Source: Octopus sinensis (Eukaryota). From it: a stretch of DNA of 64,000 bases. Position 1 is the first letter of the stretch, and the number at the start of each line of letters is the position of its first letter. Positions 61,524 to 64,000 of the stretch are shown piece after piece. Below the pieces are notes generated by a model. That model made no database searches, had not been told where the DNA came from, and worked only from the letters and a program-made list of their open reading frames with translations. The stretch is from NCBI RefSeq assembly GCF_006345805.1, contig NC_043000.1:150908001-150972000 (forward strand). Reading direction: 5' to 3'. Position numbers and translations under genes: made by a program.

Positions 61524-63715
61524 CACTGTGCAACAAATTTCAGGTTAAAAAAAAGTACAATTTAAGTAAGCCTTGTTTCTGGGTCAAAAATTGTCCTGAT
61601 TCTGATTCTGACTTTTATTTCTCCAGATTAGGCACGGTTTTCCTGTACCATGAACTATATGTTTTATAATATACTGAATAGTATTGCGTATTGAACACAA
61701 CATTGCAAATACTTAAAGTTACAAAAAAACAAAACAAAAATTTAGTTGGTATAACAAAACATATATTGGTTATGAATTAAAAACACACCTGTCAGTTTAA
61801 ACAACTTTTGTCCTTCTCAGCTTCTTGTGCGGAGTGTGATCTTCCTCTTTTATACCCCAGCAGTAGTCTGCCAACATGGCAGGGTACCATTTTCCTTTGA
61901 ATCGTCGCTCCATCACTGAAATATCCTGATGGAATCTTTCGCCATGTTCATCACTCACATCACCAAGATTTTCCGCAAAAAATCCAAATGGGAGTGAAGC
62001 ACATGAACTTTTAGAGACATTTTACATCCCATATCATGGTAATGACTCAGCAGATCATTCACAACTTGCACATAGTCTTCTGAATGATGGTTGTACAGGA
62101 AGTTATCGCAAACTTTCTTGAATTACTTAAAGGCAAGCTTCTCTTTTCTCTTAAGATATGTGATGAAGGTTTCATCAAGTACAATTTTTCGAATTTGGGG
62201 ACCTATGAATAAACCTTCTTTAATTTTAGCTTGACTCAGGGAAGGGAACTTTTCTGCAAGATATACAAATGCGGAGGATTCCTTGTCCAAGGCTTTGACA
62301 AATTGCTTAAACAAACCAAGTTTAATACGCAAAGGTGGTAAAAAAATTATATAACTTTTCACAAGTGATTTGTGCATGATGCTGTGTTTTCCTTGCTCAA
62401 TTTCATCTCGGATCGGCCAATCCTTGCGTACATAATGTTCAGCTCTTGGTTTGGAATTCCATAAGCACAGGAAGCAGCAAAATTTAGTATAGCCAAGCTG
62501 AAGGCCAGTAAGCATGGTCACAACCTTAGAATCTGCACAAATATGCCAGGTATGGTCATCATACTGTATACTTGTTAGAATTGCTTTCAGATTTTCATAT
62601 GATTCTTTCATGGTTGTGCTATGGGAACAGAAGGCAGACTGTTACCATTGTGTAGCAGAACAGCCTTGATGCTGTCCTTGGACGCATCTATGAAAAGTCG
62701 CCAGTTGATCTTATCATATGGTATTTCCAGTTGCTCAAAAAGTTCAGTGATGTCATTACAAAAGCATAAGTCATCATTCATGGTGAATAATGCAAACAGA
62801 ACCTCTGTACATTATCTGTACAGTGTTATCTTCAATCCTTTCTGAAGACGATTACGTTCTTGAAGTCTTGATGCCAGAAACACAGTTTTCTCTTAGGTTA
62901 AATAGAGATTCCTGCACAAGTCATTTAGAGCCTCTTGAGAAAATGGTATTGGTTTATTCTCGCTTTCTGGGTCATTGGGCTCCACACATTCACCACTGGA
63001 ATGTTCATCAGCACTGCTGGAACTCTACATTTCTTGATCTGGAGGTTTGGGCTCAGGTAAATTTTCTGAGTGCTCTACTGGGCGCATTGCTGATTGCAAA
63101 TTTGGGTAAACAATGTGTTTCTTTTTCTTTGCTGTAGTACAGCCTGTAACGTCATAGTGACAGAAATAGCAATCATTAGAGTGATCTTTCTGTTCACGCC
63201 AAATCATTGGCACACCGAACTTCATGTGAACATTTTTTCCTGCATACCAGGCACTCAATGTCTTCACACATGTAAGGCAACACACATGAGGAGCCCATGA
63301 CTTATCCTGGTCTCCTAAGTAACAATCGAAGTATGCCTTGTATATTTTCTTGATATCGCATGTAAATAGCAAAAGTCAATTCCCTACAGATATAACAGAA
63401 TCTGTTTGGATCATTTTTGCACTGTCTTGCACTCATTGTTGAAAACAAATACGATCTGAAAGATAAAAAATAGTATTAAACACAAGCTTTTAATCAAATT
63501 GTCGGTGTTACTAAGATTGGTATCTAGCCCTGATCTGAAACCCATTTTACAATACAGTAGAGAATTTTATTTAATAATAATGACAAAAAGGGTATACAAT
63601 GACAATTCTGTAGAAACCATGCCTAATTCAACAAAAAGAAGGCCAGAAATGAATTTACCATGTCATTTGGCATATAAAAATGGCTACAAATCTCTTTTTT
63701 GAGTGTTGCACAGTG
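61524..63715 (-). mobile_element. Full-length Chapaev3-like (CMC) DNA transposon, 2192 bp
   Basis: TIR CACTGTGCAACA (61524-35) / TGTTGCACAGTG (63704-15); AAT on both sides (61521-23, 63716-18). Confidence 0.85.
61797..63436 (-). pseudogene. Chapaev3-like transposase pseudogene with several frameshifts
   Basis: MSARQCKNDPNRFCYIC, GDQDKSWAPHVCCLTC, FGVPMIWREQKDHSNDCYFC, KESYEN..W.IC.D.KV, GYTKFCCFLCLW, LPPL.IKLGL.KQFVKAL, AMLADYCW. Confidence 0.85.
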
Positions 63716-64000
63716 AATTCAAGGAAGAATGACTGCGAAATTTCGAATTTAAGGACTAGTTTCAATAGAATGAAAATGATATGGAATCTAGCTATGTATA
63801 AAAACCTACAACAGTTCTATAAGAAATGCAAACAAAACCGAACATAGAAAGATTTAAAAAAATTGTGTTGTGCCTAATACTAGAGTTGATATTATTCAAT
63901 TCGTTGCGAAAAATAAGTCAATGAAAACCGAACAAACAGTAAAAGATAAGAACTGCCTATTGATGACTTTTTGCTGAACATAGCATTCCTTTGTCAACGT

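Overview
AT-rich, microsatellite-dense animal genomic DNA with one 100-N scaffold gap. The SINE repertoire matches what I recall for octopus/coleoid cephalopods (inference). No intact host gene is recognisable; two phase-compatible minus-strand exon candidates are reported at low confidence. Almost every long entry in the ORF track is a microsatellite translation or a decayed transposon fragment. DNA transposons: a full-length mariner (TIRs + TA TSD), a second mariner fragment, a Buster-type hAT, a full-length Chapaev3-like element (12-bp TIR, 3-bp TSD) and a possible Merlin relic. Non-LTR fragments: L1/Tx1, CR1-group, R4/Dong and a Penelope GIY-YIG piece. There are at least four tRNA-derived SINE families and one 5S-rRNA-derived element. 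Most notable observations: (1) several type I hammerhead-ribozyme motifs with palindromic minimal stem III, two with canonical cores and two with compensatory 3:8 core variants (G3:C8, U3:A8), all in microsatellite-embedded and often fold-back elements, suggesting a non-autonomous Penelope/retrozyme-like system; (2) a SINE that forms head + n x 184-bp multimers with the same junction at five loci and shares its 3' tail with a Tx1-like LINE; (3) two Tx1-like insertions in one (CTAT)n array; (4) an ORF1-only 'half-Tx1' element between 225-bp direct repeats. All alignments and folds were done by eye; none was computed or searched.
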